From: Octopus bimaculoides
Lineage: Eukaryota
Assembly (NCBI RefSeq): GCF_001194135.2
Contig: NC_068987.1
Span: 19,746,857 to 19,810,856, forward strand
Direction: 5' to 3'
DNA: 64,000 nucleotides
Both the position numbers and the translations under genes were made by a program. Numbering within the stretch: position 1 is the first letter of the stretch; each line of letters starts with the position of its first letter. Under the pieces are notes generated by a model. It was not told the origin of the DNA, did no database searches, and worked only from the letters and a program-made list of their open reading frames with translations. This document shows, piece after piece, positions 63,355 to 64,000 of the stretch.

Positions 63355-64000
63355 ATCTAAACCTATGTGGGCATGGAAAAACAATTATTAAACAAACGAC
63401 CAACTGGATTAAACTAGGTATCTTAAAGACAACTCTCAACCAGATTGACAGTTTTTATTGACCCAATAAAAGACACACCAGCTGCTCCAAGTGGCAACCC
63501 AACTGTCTACTGAACAACACATGTATAATGTAATCCTAGATATGCAAAGCCCCAGGAAAGGGACAGGGCAGTCACAATTCCAGTACTTTTGATTCAGTCA
63601 CAGCTGACTCTGGACTAAAACAAACAACAATATGAACAACAATACAATGTCAATGTGAGTAATTCACAATTCAGATATTAAATGAAAACAAATATATATG
63701 ATATTAAAGGAGAAACCTTAAAAATATGGGAGATTAGCAAATTCCAAAGGTTACTGGTTTAGGGATTATTTTACAAAAAGATATAACAAAAGGACAAATT
63801 AATATTAAGACTATAAAAAGCAAGTGAATGTAGCCTTAGGGATTGGATTAAGACTGAATTAGTTAAAACATTCAGAGTTCAAACCTGCTGTTATTAAAAG
63901 ACTACAAATTGCATCTACAGAAAACACTATCCTTTTAAAAGCTGGCAAATAAAACAATATTATTTTCTTTTTTTAACCCTTTTAGATCTGAGTCCCTGCG

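Overview
Eukaryotic, AT-rich, repeat-saturated draft-assembly sequence with many N-gaps next to microsatellites. The repeat complement looks like an octopus (cephalopod) genome; this is inferred from the SINE sequences as I recognise them. I found no host protein-coding exon I can support with confidence. Nearly all ORFs in the supplied track are artefacts of N-runs, (CA)n/(TA)n/(GA)n tracts or SINE frames, so the window is probably a large intron or intergenic region. What is supportable: (i) dozens of tRNA-derived SINE copies of several families (A-E are my own labels), some with perfect 12-16 bp TSDs; (ii) decayed mariner, Tc1 and piggyBac transposase fragments and a LINE RT fragment; (iii) hAT, Tc1-mariner/pogo and piggyBac MITEs with clean TIRs/TSDs; (iv) an intact 972-bp solo LTR with a 4-bp TSD; (v) mini- and microsatellites. 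The most unusual observations are a 617-bp inverted local copy of a SINE plus 230 bp of its flank placed inside a hAT MITE 15 kb away, a nested hairpin/pseudoknot-like motif at the 3' end of the solo LTR, same-strand trains of one SINE family, a repeat family carrying hammerhead core half-motifs, and several fold-back structures. I found no clear new gene system. Coordinates of decayed repeats are approximate; those with a stated TSD/TIR were counted to the base.
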